Positions 8,465 to 17,481 are shown, counted from the stretch's first letter. The stretch: DNA of 47,952 nucleotides from a virus (IMGVR_UViG_3300012971_000009:1-47952); one strand, 5' to 3'. A program made the numbers and translations. The notes: a model not told the origin generated them from the letters alone.

Positions 8465-9859
8465 ATGCCCATCCCGTTCTACGGCTCCATCAACCTTCAG
8501 AAGAACGAGCTTCAGAACGCCGTCGTCCAGAACCTGGGATCGGCACCGACACCGGCCGTCAAGGGCCAGATCTACTTCGACTCCACCGCCAACATTCTGT
8601 ACTGGTACAACGGCTCGACCTGGGTGGCGGCGCAGGGTGGCGGTGCCCTTACCCCCGCCTCCACCGTCACCACCCAGGCCGTCGGGGATGCCGCCGTCGT
8701 CGGCACCAGTCTCAACTACGCCCGGGAGGATCACAAGCACGGTCGTGAGGCCTTCGCTGCCCCCACCGCCGAGACCACCTTCGGTACCAGCTCGGCGGCA
8801 GGCTCGGCCACGACACTGCCCCGCTCGGACCACACCCACGGCAACCCTGTCCACGATGACACCGCTCACGCCGCCGTCCACCTCAACGCGCTGGCCCCGC
8901 CCACGGCCGACATCAACCTCAACACCCACAAGATCATCAACCTGGTTGACCCGACCAACCCTCAGGACGCCGCCACCAAGAACTACGCCGACAACCTCGC
9001 CAACGGTCTGGCGTGGAAAGCGCCCGTGCGCGCCTACGGCGCCGCCAACATCACGCTCTCGGGCATCCCGTCATCGGGCCTCACCGACGGCGTGACGCTG
9101 GTGGCGGGCGACCGCGTGCTGCTCAACAACCAGAGCACGCCATCGCAGAACGGTATCTACGTCGTCGCCTCGGGCGCATGGAGCCGAGCCACCGACAATG
9201 ACGCTGCCACCGAGATGGTGAACGCCACGGTGTACATCTCCGAGGGCACCACCTACGCCGACACGCAATGGACGTGCGTGACCAACGCCCCCATCACCAT
9301 CGGTTCGACCACGATCCAGTTCCAGCAGATCGCCGGGGCCGGGACCTACACGTGGGGCAACGGCCTCACCAACGTCGGCAACACCGTCAACGTGAACCCC
9401 GGCGCGGGCATCACCATCGTGAGCGACGCCGTGACGGTTGATACCACCGTCATCGCCAAGACCGTCACCACCATCAGCACCACGGCTCCACTGACGGGTG
9501 GTGGCGACCTCAGTGCCAACCGGACTTTGGCCATCACGTCGTTCGCCGGTTCGGCCGCTGGTGCCGTGCCCACCTCGCCCGGTGGCACCTCGACCTTCCT
9601 GCGTGCCGACGGCACCTGGGCCACGCCCGGTGGTGGCGGCACGGTCAACAAGTACTCGGCCACCCTGGGTGGCACGTCGTCGCCCGAGACGGTGACCCAT
9701 AACCTGAACACGCGGGATGTGGTGGTGGGGTTCTACCAGGCCGCTTCGCCCTACACGGCTGTGATCATGGACTGGGACGCGGCGACGGTGAACACCTTGA
9801 CGGTGCGCTACAGCCCGGCTCCGGGAGCCGGTGCGATCCGTGTGGTGGTCATGGCCTGA
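8465..9859 (+). CDS. Tail fibre protein
   Basis: REDHKH/RSDHTH HxH motifs, KIINL.DP..PQDAATKNY stalk motif, WK..VR...DGV.L..GDRVL..NQ....NGIY module. Confidence 0.75.
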   Translation: MPIPFYGSINLQKNELQNAVVQNLGSAPTPAVKGQIYFDSTANILYWYNGSTWVAAQGGGALTPASTVTTQAVGDAAVVGTSLNYAREDHKHGREAFAAPTAETTFGTSSAAGSATTLPRSDHTHGNPVHDDTAHAAVHLNALAPPTADINLNTHKIINLVDPTNPQDAATKNYADNLANGLAWKAPVRAYGAANITLSGIPSSGLTDGVTLVAGDRVLLNNQSTPSQNGIYVVASGAWSRATDNDAATEMVNATVYISEGTTYADTQWTCVTNAPITIGSTTIQFQQIAGAGTYTWGNGLTNVGNTVNVNPGAGITIVSDAVTVDTTVIAKTVTTISTTAPLTGGGDLSANRTLAITSFAGSAAGAVPTSPGGTSTFLRADGTWATPGGGGTVNKYSATLGGTSSPETVTHNLNTRDVVVGFYQAASPYTAVIMDWDAATVNTLTVRYSPAPGAGAIRVVVMA

Positions 9860-10425
9860 TGCCCCAGAACTACGGCATCAGCAATATCCAGTGCCTCACC
9901 TCGGCGCAGATCAACGCCATGGCCGGGTTCAACGGCCAAATTGTGTACCAGACCGATACCGACGCTCAGGCCGGGTCAAGTCACCCGTGGGCGTCCATGT
10001 TCTACGTCTACGACAGCTCGATCCTGTACTGGCGTCCGTTGCCGGGCACCCGGTTGCAGACCTCGTTGGTTGCCTGCTCGGGCGGTGATGTTACGGGCGC
10101 GGCCACCATCGCCACCGCCGACATGGGCAACTACCCCTACCCCCGCACGGCCTTGGTGAACTACAAGATCAACGGCACGCAGATCACGGCGGCGTCGGTC
10201 ACGTCAGTCACCTTGTCGCTCAACGGCACCGGCATGCTCGGAGCCAACGGCACCAGCATCCCCACCGGAGCGAGCGACAGCGTGGCCATCTCGGGCATGA
10301 TCAGCATTCCCGGCCCTGGCAATGGGGTCATCACCGGTCTGGTCAACCGCGTGTCGGGTACAGGTGCCTACCGTCTTGCCGTCGATGGTCGATTCAGTTA
10401 CCTCCACGTGACGACCTTTGCATGA
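9859..10425 (+). CDS. Minor tail / putative receptor-binding protein
   Basis: GQIVYQTDT fibre motif plus beta-rich C-terminus; TGATG coupling. Confidence 0.55.
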   Translation: MPQNYGISNIQCLTSAQINAMAGFNGQIVYQTDTDAQAGSSHPWASMFYVYDSSILYWRPLPGTRLQTSLVACSGGDVTGAATIATADMGNYPYPRTALVNYKINGTQITAASVTSVTLSLNGTGMLGANGTSIPTGASDSVAISGMISIPGPGNGVITGLVNRVSGTGAYRLAVDGRFSYLHVTTFA

Positions 10426-10525
10426 TCCGCCTACTACTACGATGCCTGGGGTATACATGAACCATGCGGACAGAGTTGGAGGGGCAGTTGGAGCTGCCCT
10501 TCGACGAGCCGGAGGACGATGAGGA

Positions 10526-10699
10526 ATGGCCGATCTCGGAGCTGAGGCGCCTGAACTCGGGGTGGAGTGGAACTGTGACGACGGAGCGATCCACGACTTC
10601 TGGGCCTGGAAGCTCCTGAAGAACCGTCGTCCCGATGACGACGACCACGAGGGGTGGATGGCCTTGATGGTCGACTTCGACGGGGAGCGAGGCCAGTGA
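10526..10699 (+). CDS. Small acidic hypothetical protein (57 aa)
   Basis: MADLGAEAPEL...DFDGERGQ; GGAGG upstream; stop overlaps the endolysin GTG (GTGA). Confidence 0.5.
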   Translation: MADLGAEAPELGVEWNCDDGAIHDFWAWKLLKNRRPDDDDHEGWMALMVDFDGERGQ

Positions 10700-11637
10700 C
10701 CTATCGTTGGCTGACCGATCTGGACCAGGCTCTACGAGCGGGTGGTGTCCCCTACACCGAGGTGCCCGGTCCCAGTTCGTTCGACCCGACGCGAGCCGAG
10801 AGCTGGCGCAATCGAGGTCGACCTCCGTCGATCGGCAACTTCGATCCTTCGGGCATCGTCTGTCACCACACCGCCTCACCAGCGGGGACTACGGCCCAAC
10901 AGGAACTCAACGTGATCCTGCGGGGCAACTCCCAGGCGCCTGGACCCATCGCCCACTTCCTGGTGTCGAGGGACGCCCGGGTGTGGCTCGTGGCCGCCGG
11001 GCGCTGCAACCACGCCGGATCGGGCAAGCGCCCGGGCCTGGACAACAAGTGCACGGACCAGAACGCCCTCAATATCGGGATCGAGGCCTCCAACAATGGT
11101 GTCGGCGAACGATGGACCGACGCCATGTGCGAGATCTACGCCAAGCTGGTGGCCGCACTAGTCCGCTGGTACAAGTTCCCTTTGGAACGGGTCTACCTAC
11201 ATGCCACAACGGGTCCTCCTTCGGGTGGGTGCAACTCCAAGATCGACCCGGCCGGGCCATGGACGCGTCAGCCCAACATCACGACTCAGACCTGGGACCT
11301 GGGAACGTGGCGCGCCTTCGTCAACGACCATCTCAACCGTGTACCACCATCACCGCCGCCCGAGGAGGACACCATGGGCTTGGCCATCTACCAACCCAGT
11401 GACGCCGTCGCTGCCTTCGTGGGCTGGCGTGATGCCCACACCGGTTACTTCATCGACTTCGAATGGCTCGACAGCGAGACCTACACCAGCTTCAAGGCGG
11501 CGGGCGTGCCGATCGTGGCGGGGTCGGTTTATTCGATGCGTAACACCACGCTCATCGGCCCGGTCCCCACCGGGGACGCCAAGCACAACTGGACCGGTGA
11601 GGAGTTCAAGCGATGGGTGCCCAACAAGGTTCCTTGA
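10696..11637 (+). CDS. Endolysin, N-acetylmuramoyl-L-alanine amidase (Amidase_2 type)
   Basis: HHTA, AHFLV, NHAG, IGIEA and H...KIDP zinc-amidase motifs; Pro linker and C-terminal domain; followed by membrane proteins. Confidence 0.88.
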   Translation: MTYRWLTDLDQALRAGGVPYTEVPGPSSFDPTRAESWRNRGRPPSIGNFDPSGIVCHHTASPAGTTAQQELNVILRGNSQAPGPIAHFLVSRDARVWLVAAGRCNHAGSGKRPGLDNKCTDQNALNIGIEASNNGVGERWTDAMCEIYAKLVAALVRWYKFPLERVYLHATTGPPSGGCNSKIDPAGPWTRQPNITTQTWDLGTWRAFVNDHLNRVPPSPPPEEDTMGLAIYQPSDAVAAFVGWRDAHTGYFIDFEWLDSETYTSFKAAGVPIVAGSVYSMRNTTLIGPVPTGDAKHNWTGEEFKRWVPNKVP

Positions 11638-11819
11638 GCCATGGCTGGGTCCGGGTTCGTAACGTTCTGTTCTTCGCGTGCGGGCTGGTGTTGTTCATCG
11701 ACGAGATCTGGCGTGACGAAAGCGGTCCCGGATGGTTGGTGATTCTGATCAACCTGTACCTTATGGGCGCCGTCACCGGCGACTTCGTCATGAAGCTGGT
11801 CAACCGGATCAAGGAATGA
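11634..11819 (+). CDS. Putative holin / membrane protein (2 TM)
   Basis: TTGA overlap with the lysin stop; two hydrophobic segments. Confidence 0.6.
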   Translation: MSHGWVRVRNVLFFACGLVLFIDEIWRDESGPGWLVILINLYLMGAVTGDFVMKLVNRIKE

Positions 11820-12004
11820 ACCGTCCCCGGATGCGGCTGTACCTGGTCCTGTTCGGCGTCATCGCCGTGGCGATCGGTGCCGTCATCCTCATCGGGTGGA
11901 CCAGCGGGCGCGTCACCGAGGACCTGTTGGGCACGGTGGCTGTCCTCGGAGGCCTGGCCATGATCATCGTCGGACTGTGGGGCCTCAAGGGTTTAGACCT
12001 TTAG
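11816..12004 (+). CDS. Putative holin / membrane protein (2 TM)
   Basis: ATGA overlap; basic N-terminus and two strongly hydrophobic helices. Confidence 0.65.
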   Translation: MNRPRMRLYLVLFGVIAVAIGAVILIGWTSGRVTEDLLGTVAVLGGLAMIIVGLWGLKGLDL

Positions 12005-12104
12005 CCACGGGGTGAGCCAGCCAGTACCGGATGCACAGGATGAGGATCGCCAGCCACACCACCAGCACGCCCAGCGTGACAATATGGTGTGGCAGCCACC
12101 TCAC
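11985..12104 (-). CDS. Small single-TM protein (39 aa)
   Basis: GTGA overlap with the upstream stop; MRWLPHHIVTLGVLVVWLAILILCIRYWL... Confidence 0.45.
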   Translation of the reverse strand: MRWLPHHIVTLGVLVVWLAILILCIRYWLAHPVAKGLNP

Positions 12105-12619
12105 TCCGGTTCAACAGAGGAGGGAATATCCCTCTCGCCTCTAGCGATGGCCTCAGCTAGCTCACGGAGCTGCACGTAGAGGCCCTCGACCTCCATGGTC
12201 ACGAACTCCAGGTCCCGGTAGTGCTGCCATGGTTGCTGACCGAGGGTGAACTCGGTGGGCTGAGGGTCCATCTTGGCCACCGCCTCGGTCAGGCGCTTCT
12301 CCAGGAGCGGGGCGAAGTCCCAGGCGTGCTGGGTGTCGAAACCGAACCACCAGACGTTGGCATCCATGTAGCTGATGTGACCGGCGAAGGTCAGGCCACC
12401 GTGGACCTCGACGTCGAGTTCGTCGTAGTCGCAGTGGAACAGCGGGTTGTCGGGCAGCACACCGACGTAACCGTTGAGTGCTCCCGCCGTGTCGTGACGC
12501 CACACGAACAGAGAGTACGGAGGACGGAACCAGATGACCTCGTCAGGTTCGTTTACCCAGGGGCCATCGCCCCAGCTCTCCTTGTCCCACTTCGTCTTGG
12601 TGGCTTTCTGAGGCGTCAT
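12101..12619 (-). CDS. Conserved phage hypothetical protein (HGGLTF / GFD..H type)
   Basis: NGYVGV...VHGGLTF...WWFGFDTQHAWD; start placed at MTPQK. Confidence 0.75.
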   Translation of the reverse strand: MTPQKATKTKWDKESWGDGPWVNEPDEVIWFRPPYSLFVWRHDTAGALNGYVGVLPDNPLFHCDYDELDVEVHGGLTFAGHISYMDANVWWFGFDTQHAWDFAPLLEKRLTEAVAKMDPQPTEFTLGQQPWQHYRDLEFVTMEVEGLYVQLRELAEAIARGERDIPSSVEPE

Positions 12620-12896
12620 CGAGGCGGATAAGCTCCCAGTGGAAGTGGCGGGCGGGACGGTTGGGCAAGCCGTCGGGGCGCATGCGGCGTGCTTTGGGCT
12701 GGATGTTGATGAACAGGGAGGCGGCAGCAGGCGTCCTGAAGGTCTGGGCCTGGTAGGGGTCGGTGGTGAACTCGATGGTGCCCATGCCGTCGTGGGCCTC
12801 GGGGTCGTAGATCCGAAGGTACATGCCCTTGGAGTCAAAGCCGGGGTGATTGATCACCGGCCCGGCCGAGCCGAGCGAACGCAGTACCCAGGTCAT
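12543..12896 (-). CDS. Hypothetical protein (117 aa)
   Basis: GAGGAGG SD, ATGA coupling with the upstream gene. Confidence 0.65.
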   Translation of the reverse strand: MTWVLRSLGSAGPVINHPGFDSKGMYLRIYDPEAHDGMGTIEFTTDPYQAQTFRTPAAASLFINIQPKARRMRPDGLPNRPARHFHWELIRLDDASESHQDEVGQGELGRWPLGKRT

Positions 12897-13186
12897 GTCC
12901 CCTCCTCGATCTCACGGGTGACGAGCGGTAGTGCTTCGAAGGCGTCGAAGGGGATGTCGATCCATCCCGCCTCGGGGGTCATCGTCCCCTTCATCTTCAT
13001 CATCAGTTCCACCCGGATCTCCTGGTCGTTGTGGATCATGGAGAACACCACGACGTGGATGCCGTCAGGGTCGAGGTAGTCGCCAATGTCGTCCACCAGC
13101 GCTCGGTTACGCTTGGTGCGGATGGCTTCGTTGTTCAGAGCGATCAAGGTGATCGTGTCCATCACCTTGGCCGTGGTCGATGTCAT
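12893..13186 (-). CDS. Hypothetical protein (97 aa)
   Basis: GAGGAG SD, ATGA overlap; MTSTTAKV... Confidence 0.7.
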   Translation of the reverse strand: MTSTTAKVMDTITLIALNNEAIRTKRNRALVDDIGDYLDPDGIHVVVFSMIHNDQEIRVELMMKMKGTMTPEAGWIDIPFDAFEALPLVTREIEEGT

Positions 13187-13422
13187 GCGTGGTCTCCTCG
13201 GAAGCAGGCGTACACCGTTCGGTTGGCGTTGGGGACTTGCACTGTGCCCCAGTGAAAGTGCTCGGGGCACAGACCCAACTGCATCTGGGGATCGTAGGTG
13301 TGGCCGGACCCGCACCCGGCCAGGATGAAGGCCAAGAAGACCACGATCAGTGCCGCCACGGTCAGCGCCGCCAGGAGCGACAGCTGCTTGGCGAAACCCT
13401 TGAGTCCGTCGTCGTCGCTCAC
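13183..13422 (-). CDS. Putative lipoprotein (79 aa)
   Basis: Hydrophobic signal followed by an LAGC lipobox; GTGA overlap. Confidence 0.65.
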   Translation of the reverse strand: MSDDDGLKGFAKQLSLLAALTVAALIVVFLAFILAGCGSGHTYDPQMQLGLCPEHFHWGTVQVPNANRTVYACFRGDHA

Positions 13423-13562
13423 GGTGGTAGCTCCAGGTCCGGGAAGTTCATGCGGAGGCATTCGTACACGTAGCGTTGCACCGACCAGCCCGCCGGTCGG
13501 ACCTGCTGTGACACGAGCGCGCCCTCGATGATCTCGGTGATGTTCTTTCTCGTCACTTCCAT
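13419..13562 (-). CDS. Small hypothetical protein (47 aa)
   Basis: MEVTRKNITEIIEGAL...; exactly fills the gap between its neighbours. Confidence 0.55.
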   Translation of the reverse strand: MEVTRKNITEIIEGALVSQQVRPAGWSVQRYVYECLRMNFPDLELPP

Positions 13563-13565
13563 CTC

Positions 13566-13952
13566 TCACCCCAGGGTTTTGATCACGAACTCTCGATCTC
13601 TCGGCCACCATGTGTATGTCTCCACGGCGGGGATCTGCGACAGCAGGCCCAGCACCTGTCGCTGAGCGGGAGAGAGCCTCCCTCCCTCCCGCTTCAGCTC
13701 GGCGAAGACCAGTCTCGGGGGCCGAATCAGGGTCAGGTCGGGGAAGCCTTCCTGGGACCCTTTCGAATAGCGGGTGTGATACACCCACCACCCCTTGGTC
13801 TCGGCGTACTCGGTGACGAAGCTCTGCCAGTCACGCTCGCTTACGAGGCGGCTGTACTCGGCGGCGGGCAGCTGTCTTTGCCTTGCCAAGCGCTCTCGCT
13901 TCGTCTCCAACGCCCTCGGGAATCTCGACCGAGGCGGTGATTCCTGGGGCAT
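13566..13952 (-). CDS. VRR-NUC domain nuclease (putative Holliday junction resolvase)
   Basis: SE..WQ, GFPDL, FAELK...GRLSPAQ; start uncertain. Confidence 0.85.
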   Translation of the reverse strand: MPQESPPRSRFPRALETKRERLARQRQLPAAEYSRLVSERDWQSFVTEYAETKGWWVYHTRYSKGSQEGFPDLTLIRPPRLVFAELKREGGRLSPAQRQVLGLLSQIPAVETYTWWPRDREFVIKTLG

Positions 13953-14073
13953 ATTCGTAGCACCAGTGCTGCTTGTTGAAGACGTCGGAGACGGGGTATC
14001 TCCTGCATCGAACAAAGACATCGTCCCACTCCTCGGAATAGCGGCACGTTCCGCAGGCGCGCTCGATGATCAC
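13831..14073 (-). CDS. Small Cys-rich protein
   Basis: CGTCRY...CRRYP...WCYEY; GTGA coupling to the upstream gene. Confidence 0.6.
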   Translation of the reverse strand: MIIERACGTCRYSEEWDDVFVRCRRYPVSDVFNKQHWCYEYAPGITASVEIPEGVGDEARALGKAKTAARRRVQPPRKRA

Positions 14074-14714
14074 TGCGTGGGGGGCTTGACGTGGAGCTTG
14101 CTGGCGATCTGCTCCAACGTCCGCTCCACCTGCGACAGCCGTCCCGACAGGTTTCGCCGGGTCTCGCCGTCGCCTTTTAAAGCCGCTGCCATCTCCGCCT
14201 GGAAAGTCGTGAGCTTGGCGATGGCGGTCTTCAACTGCTGGTCGTGCACGTTGATGACCTGGGAGTGGGCGTTCACCGCACCCAGCACCTTGGCCAGGCT
14301 GTTAGAGATCTCGGCAGCGATCTCCCGCACACTGGTGTCAAGGCCCACGAAGTACTCGACGATGACACTGAGGCTCTGATCGTCGTCCAGTGCCGGTGCG
14401 CTCTCGGTCTCCACCAACGCCGGACCCTTGCGACGGATGTCAGTGAGGGCGAGAAAGGCGGGGTGCCTGCCCTCGGAGTACTGCACTTCCAACTGCCCAT
14501 CATTCTCCAGGGCCTGGACCGTGGAGCGGATGACGTAGTGGGACAGGATGTTGCCGGTCTCCTTCAGGTACATCTTCTGCATCTGATCCCGAAGGTCCCG
14601 GTTGGACTTGCCTGTAACGTGGCCCCCCTTGCGGTCGAGCCATTCCCAGAAGAGACGGAACCGCTCCACCACCTGGGCCTGGTTGGAGCCGACACTCAGT
14701 TTGTAAGCCGTCAA
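14070..14714 (-). CDS. Hypothetical protein, possible winged-HTH plus coiled coil
   Basis: IRSTVQALENDGQLEV wHTH-like segment and heptad-rich C-terminus; GGGAGG SD, TTG start. Confidence 0.6.
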   Translation of the reverse strand: MTAYKLSVGSNQAQVVERFRLFWEWLDRKGGHVTGKSNRDLRDQMQKMYLKETGNILSHYVIRSTVQALENDGQLEVQYSEGRHPAFLALTDIRRKGPALVETESAPALDDDQSLSVIVEYFVGLDTSVREIAAEISNSLAKVLGAVNAHSQVINVHDQQLKTAIAKLTTFQAEMAAALKGDGETRRNLSGRLSQVERTLEQIASKLHVKPPTQ

Positions 14715-15616
14715 GTTGTCCTCCCTCTGGCGAGACGCAGTGTCCCGTCGGCATTCAGCTGGACGATGCGAGCGACGCCCGACACCAGATCGTCGAGCAC
14801 CATGTCGTAGTCCAACTCCCTGCGGTTGCAGGTTCTGAGCAGCGCCTCTTCGAACGCCTCGTCGGTGAGGTCGAGGTTGCCCTTGGCGTCGGAGAGACGT
14901 GCATCGTGGTCAGGCGGAGCGCTGGGAAGAGCGGCAGGAGCGGCCCCTCCCAGCGCTACACGCTCCCCGGACATGAGCTGGCTGACGGACGCCAACATGC
15001 TGAGCCGGGGAACCACATAGATCTTCTTCTTCCCTCCCCGACGAGTGACTCTCTTCTCCAATGTCAACTTGGCGGGCAGCAACCCGTTGGAACTGGTGAC
15101 CAGTCGCAGCGCCTCCTCCATGGCGGGTAACTCCGCCGCCGCGTTCTTCCCCTTGGTCTCCATGCGCCAGATGCCGCCGAAGGGGATGTCGGGCAGCACC
15201 ACCTTCATGCGCATGTAGGGCTTGCACTCAAGGGCGTTCTGGGCGATGCAGATGCACGGTCGCTCACGCGTGTCGTCGCCTACGTACAACTCGCAGGTGG
15301 TGCCGTCACAGCGCCGCTCGATCCCGCCGCCACCCCACACCTCGTAGGTGATGGAGATGGCGTTGGGCGGCAGCAACACGGTGATCTCGTTGGTCCTGGA
15401 GATCACCTCCCACTGAGCCGACGCGATGGACGCCTTGTCGTTGCGCCATGGTCGTACCGCACCGCCGTGCTGACGAGCCAGAAGTTCAATCGCATCGCGA
15501 TCGGTGGACGTGAACCGGAACGTCTCGATCGACGTCGGTCCTCGCTTCCCATTGGAGAACGTGGTCTCCATCCCGAGTCGGATACGGCCATGCTCTGGCA
15601 TCCGTAGGTCGATCAT
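14711..15616 (-). CDS. Gp3-like / recombination directionality factor-like protein
   Basis: GRIRLG...FRFTS...GG.V.PW...YE.W.GGG..RRCDG...CKP..R..V.LP..P..G.WR.E..G.NAA.EL. Confidence 0.75.
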   Translation of the reverse strand: MIDLRMPEHGRIRLGMETTFSNGKRGPTSIETFRFTSTDRDAIELLARQHGGAVRPWRNDKASIASAQWEVISRTNEITVLLPPNAISITYEVWGGGGIERRCDGTTCELYVGDDTRERPCICIAQNALECKPYMRMKVVLPDIPFGGIWRMETKGKNAAAELPAMEEALRLVTSSNGLLPAKLTLEKRVTRRGGKKKIYVVPRLSMLASVSQLMSGERVALGGAAPAALPSAPPDHDARLSDAKGNLDLTDEAFEEALLRTCNRRELDYDMVLDDLVSGVARIVQLNADGTLRLARGRTT

Positions 15617-15650
15617 TCAGTTGTCCTTCTCTCTCACCTCCTACATTACA

Positions 15651-16061
15651 TCATCCACACGCTCTTCCCGTGACTGGATCACCCCTCAAAACCCAGGGGC
15701 ACCAGCCACTTTGTTGCCACAGGACGAAGGCCTCGTGGAGATTGGACCAGGGATCGAAACAGCCACCGGGCGGGCAGCGCCACCCCAGCAACTGCATCAG
15801 GCCGGTTGCGCCTGATGGGTTGTGGGCATGGGGGTCACAGCCTGATTCCCGATGCATGACGTAGGCGATGGTGTCCCACTGGTCCATGGGCCACCCTGCC
15901 GACATGGCGGTGTCGTACCACTGCGAGCACGCCCCGGAGGGGTGCATGGTGGGTCCGACCTGGCGGGTTTGGACCCTCGCGGCGGGGACCATGGCGTGGA
16001 AGAAGGCGATCATGATCGCTACTCCCAGCCAGCCCCACACCGAGAGGCTGTTGTCGCTCAC
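15651..16061 (-). CDS. Secreted or membrane-anchored lytic transglycosylase (SLT/lysozyme-like)
   Basis: N-terminal hydrophobic segment; RESGCDP.A.N.SGA.GLMQ; DP..NL..A...W...GW.PW. Confidence 0.8.
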   Translation of the reverse strand: MSDNSLSVWGWLGVAIMIAFFHAMVPAARVQTRQVGPTMHPSGACSQWYDTAMSAGWPMDQWDTIAYVMHRESGCDPHAHNPSGATGLMQLLGWRCPPGGCFDPWSNLHEAFVLWQQSGWCPWVLRGDPVTGRACG

Positions 16062-16309
16062 CCAGATGGATCTTGCGGTACGCCCCTGTCTTTGAGATTG
16101 CTCACGTCGTAGCCCTCCTCGGCCTCATCAGCCAACCGGGAGATGTCCTCCTCAGTCAGCACCTTGCCGGTCTTGGTGACCAACGGTCTTTCTCTGAAGT
16201 TGCGGCAGTACGAACAGTACTCGTAGTCCGACCAGGCGTACAGCTGCATGAACATGTCCCGCAGATCGTCGGACGCACCTCGTTGCCACACGTGCTTGCA
16301 CTTACCCAC
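16058..16309 (-). CDS. Hypothetical protein with C.H...CxxC
   Basis: CKHVW...CSYC; TKTGKVLTEEDI..LADEAE.GYD tail. Confidence 0.65.
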   Translation of the reverse strand: MGKCKHVWQRGASDDLRDMFMQLYAWSDYEYCSYCRNFRERPLVTKTGKVLTEEDISRLADEAEEGYDVSNLKDRGVPQDPSG

Positions 16310-16694
16310 GCTCGTCCTCGATCTCTGTCGCGATCCCCATCTGCGCCATCCTCATCTGTGCTTCCACGACAGGGTCGATGCCTCGTTCGATGATGTCGAG
16401 GAGCGAGTTGTTGTAGACCCGCCAGCACTTCTCCCCCACCGGAGTCATCACATACAGCGGACGTCCACCGGGGGTGTTCCCTCTGCCCTCTACCCAGCCG
16501 TTACGGACCAGGAAGTGAGCCAGCAGTTGGTGGGTGCGGTCGGTACCCAACCCTGACTGACGCGTCAGCCAGGCGAGAGTGAACTTCTGTCCTTTGGCTG
16601 AAGCAGCTGCGCGGCCGATAGCCGACTTCTCCCGCTCGGTACGGGCCAGCTGCTCCACACGCTGTCGCCACGTGGCGACACGCTCCTCATCCAT
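16302..16694 (-). CDS. Putative winged-HTH DNA-binding protein
   Basis: TLAWLTRQSGLG.DR.HQLL..LVRNGWV...GGRPLYVMTPVG; GAGGAG SD. Confidence 0.6.
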   Translation of the reverse strand: MDEERVATWRQRVEQLARTEREKSAIGRAAASAKGQKFTLAWLTRQSGLGTDRTHQLLAHFLVRNGWVEGRGNTPGGRPLYVMTPVGEKCWRVYNNSLLDIIERGIDPVVEAQMRMAQMGIATEIEDERG

Positions 16695-16810
16695 GTCTCT
16701 CCTCAGCACGACCTTACGGATCACAACGCGTGAAACGCGAAACGGATGCACCGGCTGTTCGGCCCTATTGGCGACTCGGAAACGAGAAGGTCAACCCCAT
16801 ACTCCAGGTA

Positions 16811-17182
16811 TCACGTGCGGTCCAGTTCGGTGTCGAAGCGCATGTCGACGTCGGAGATGATGGCGTGGCGGTTGCGCTGGTTGATGCCGTTCTTCTCCAG
16901 CACCTTGTCCACGCACAGGCGGTACATACCCACTACCAGCTTGATCTGCATGTTCACCAGGTGCTCGTAGAGCTTGGCGGTGGGCACCGACGGACTGGTG
17001 AGGTAGTCAGCGTGCTCGGTGGTGGCGACCAAGTGGGTGGTGGGGTGGTCGTCGGCATCGGGGTAGGTCTTGGACGACCACGATGTGATGACCCGAGGTC
17101 GGGGCACTCGGTCCTCGACCATCGGGGGCGCGATCTCGGTCTCCTCCACCAAGATGGTGAAGGGATCGTCGTTGTTGCTCAC
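16811..17182 (-). CDS. Hypothetical protein (123 aa)
   Basis: GTGA overlap, GAGGTG SD. Confidence 0.6.
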   Translation of the reverse strand: MSNNDDPFTILVEETEIAPPMVEDRVPRPRVITSWSSKTYPDADDHPTTHLVATTEHADYLTSPSVPTAKLYEHLVNMQIKLVVGMYRLCVDKVLEKNGINQRNRHAIISDVDMRFDTELDRT

Positions 17183-17481
17183 TTCGTCACCTCGATGTAG
17201 TAGCGGGTGTGGGGAAGACGATCCGTAGAAGAACTCATCGGATCGTCGGACGAGTCGTTCGATGGCTTTGTCGATCTCGTCTCGGTGTGCTGTGTCATCT
17301 TCCATCCCCTGCCCCTACATCTCTCCATCCACGTCTTGGGTTCCAGGCCGAGGAGGTTCACGATTTCGACGCGCATCTCCCCGGACCCGGCCAACATGTT
17401 CAGCGCTCCGTCGATGGCGTTCTCCCGACGGGGACGATGAGGGATCACCTCGACGGGACGGAAGACCTCCTCAAACCTCAC
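17179..17481 (-). CDS. Hypothetical protein (100 aa)
   Basis: Fills the operon gap; coupled to both neighbours. Confidence 0.55.
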   Translation of the reverse strand: MRFEEVFRPVEVIPHRPRRENAIDGALNMLAGSGEMRVEIVNLLGLEPKTWMERCRGRGWKMTQHTETRSTKPSNDSSDDPMSSSTDRLPHTRYYIEVTK

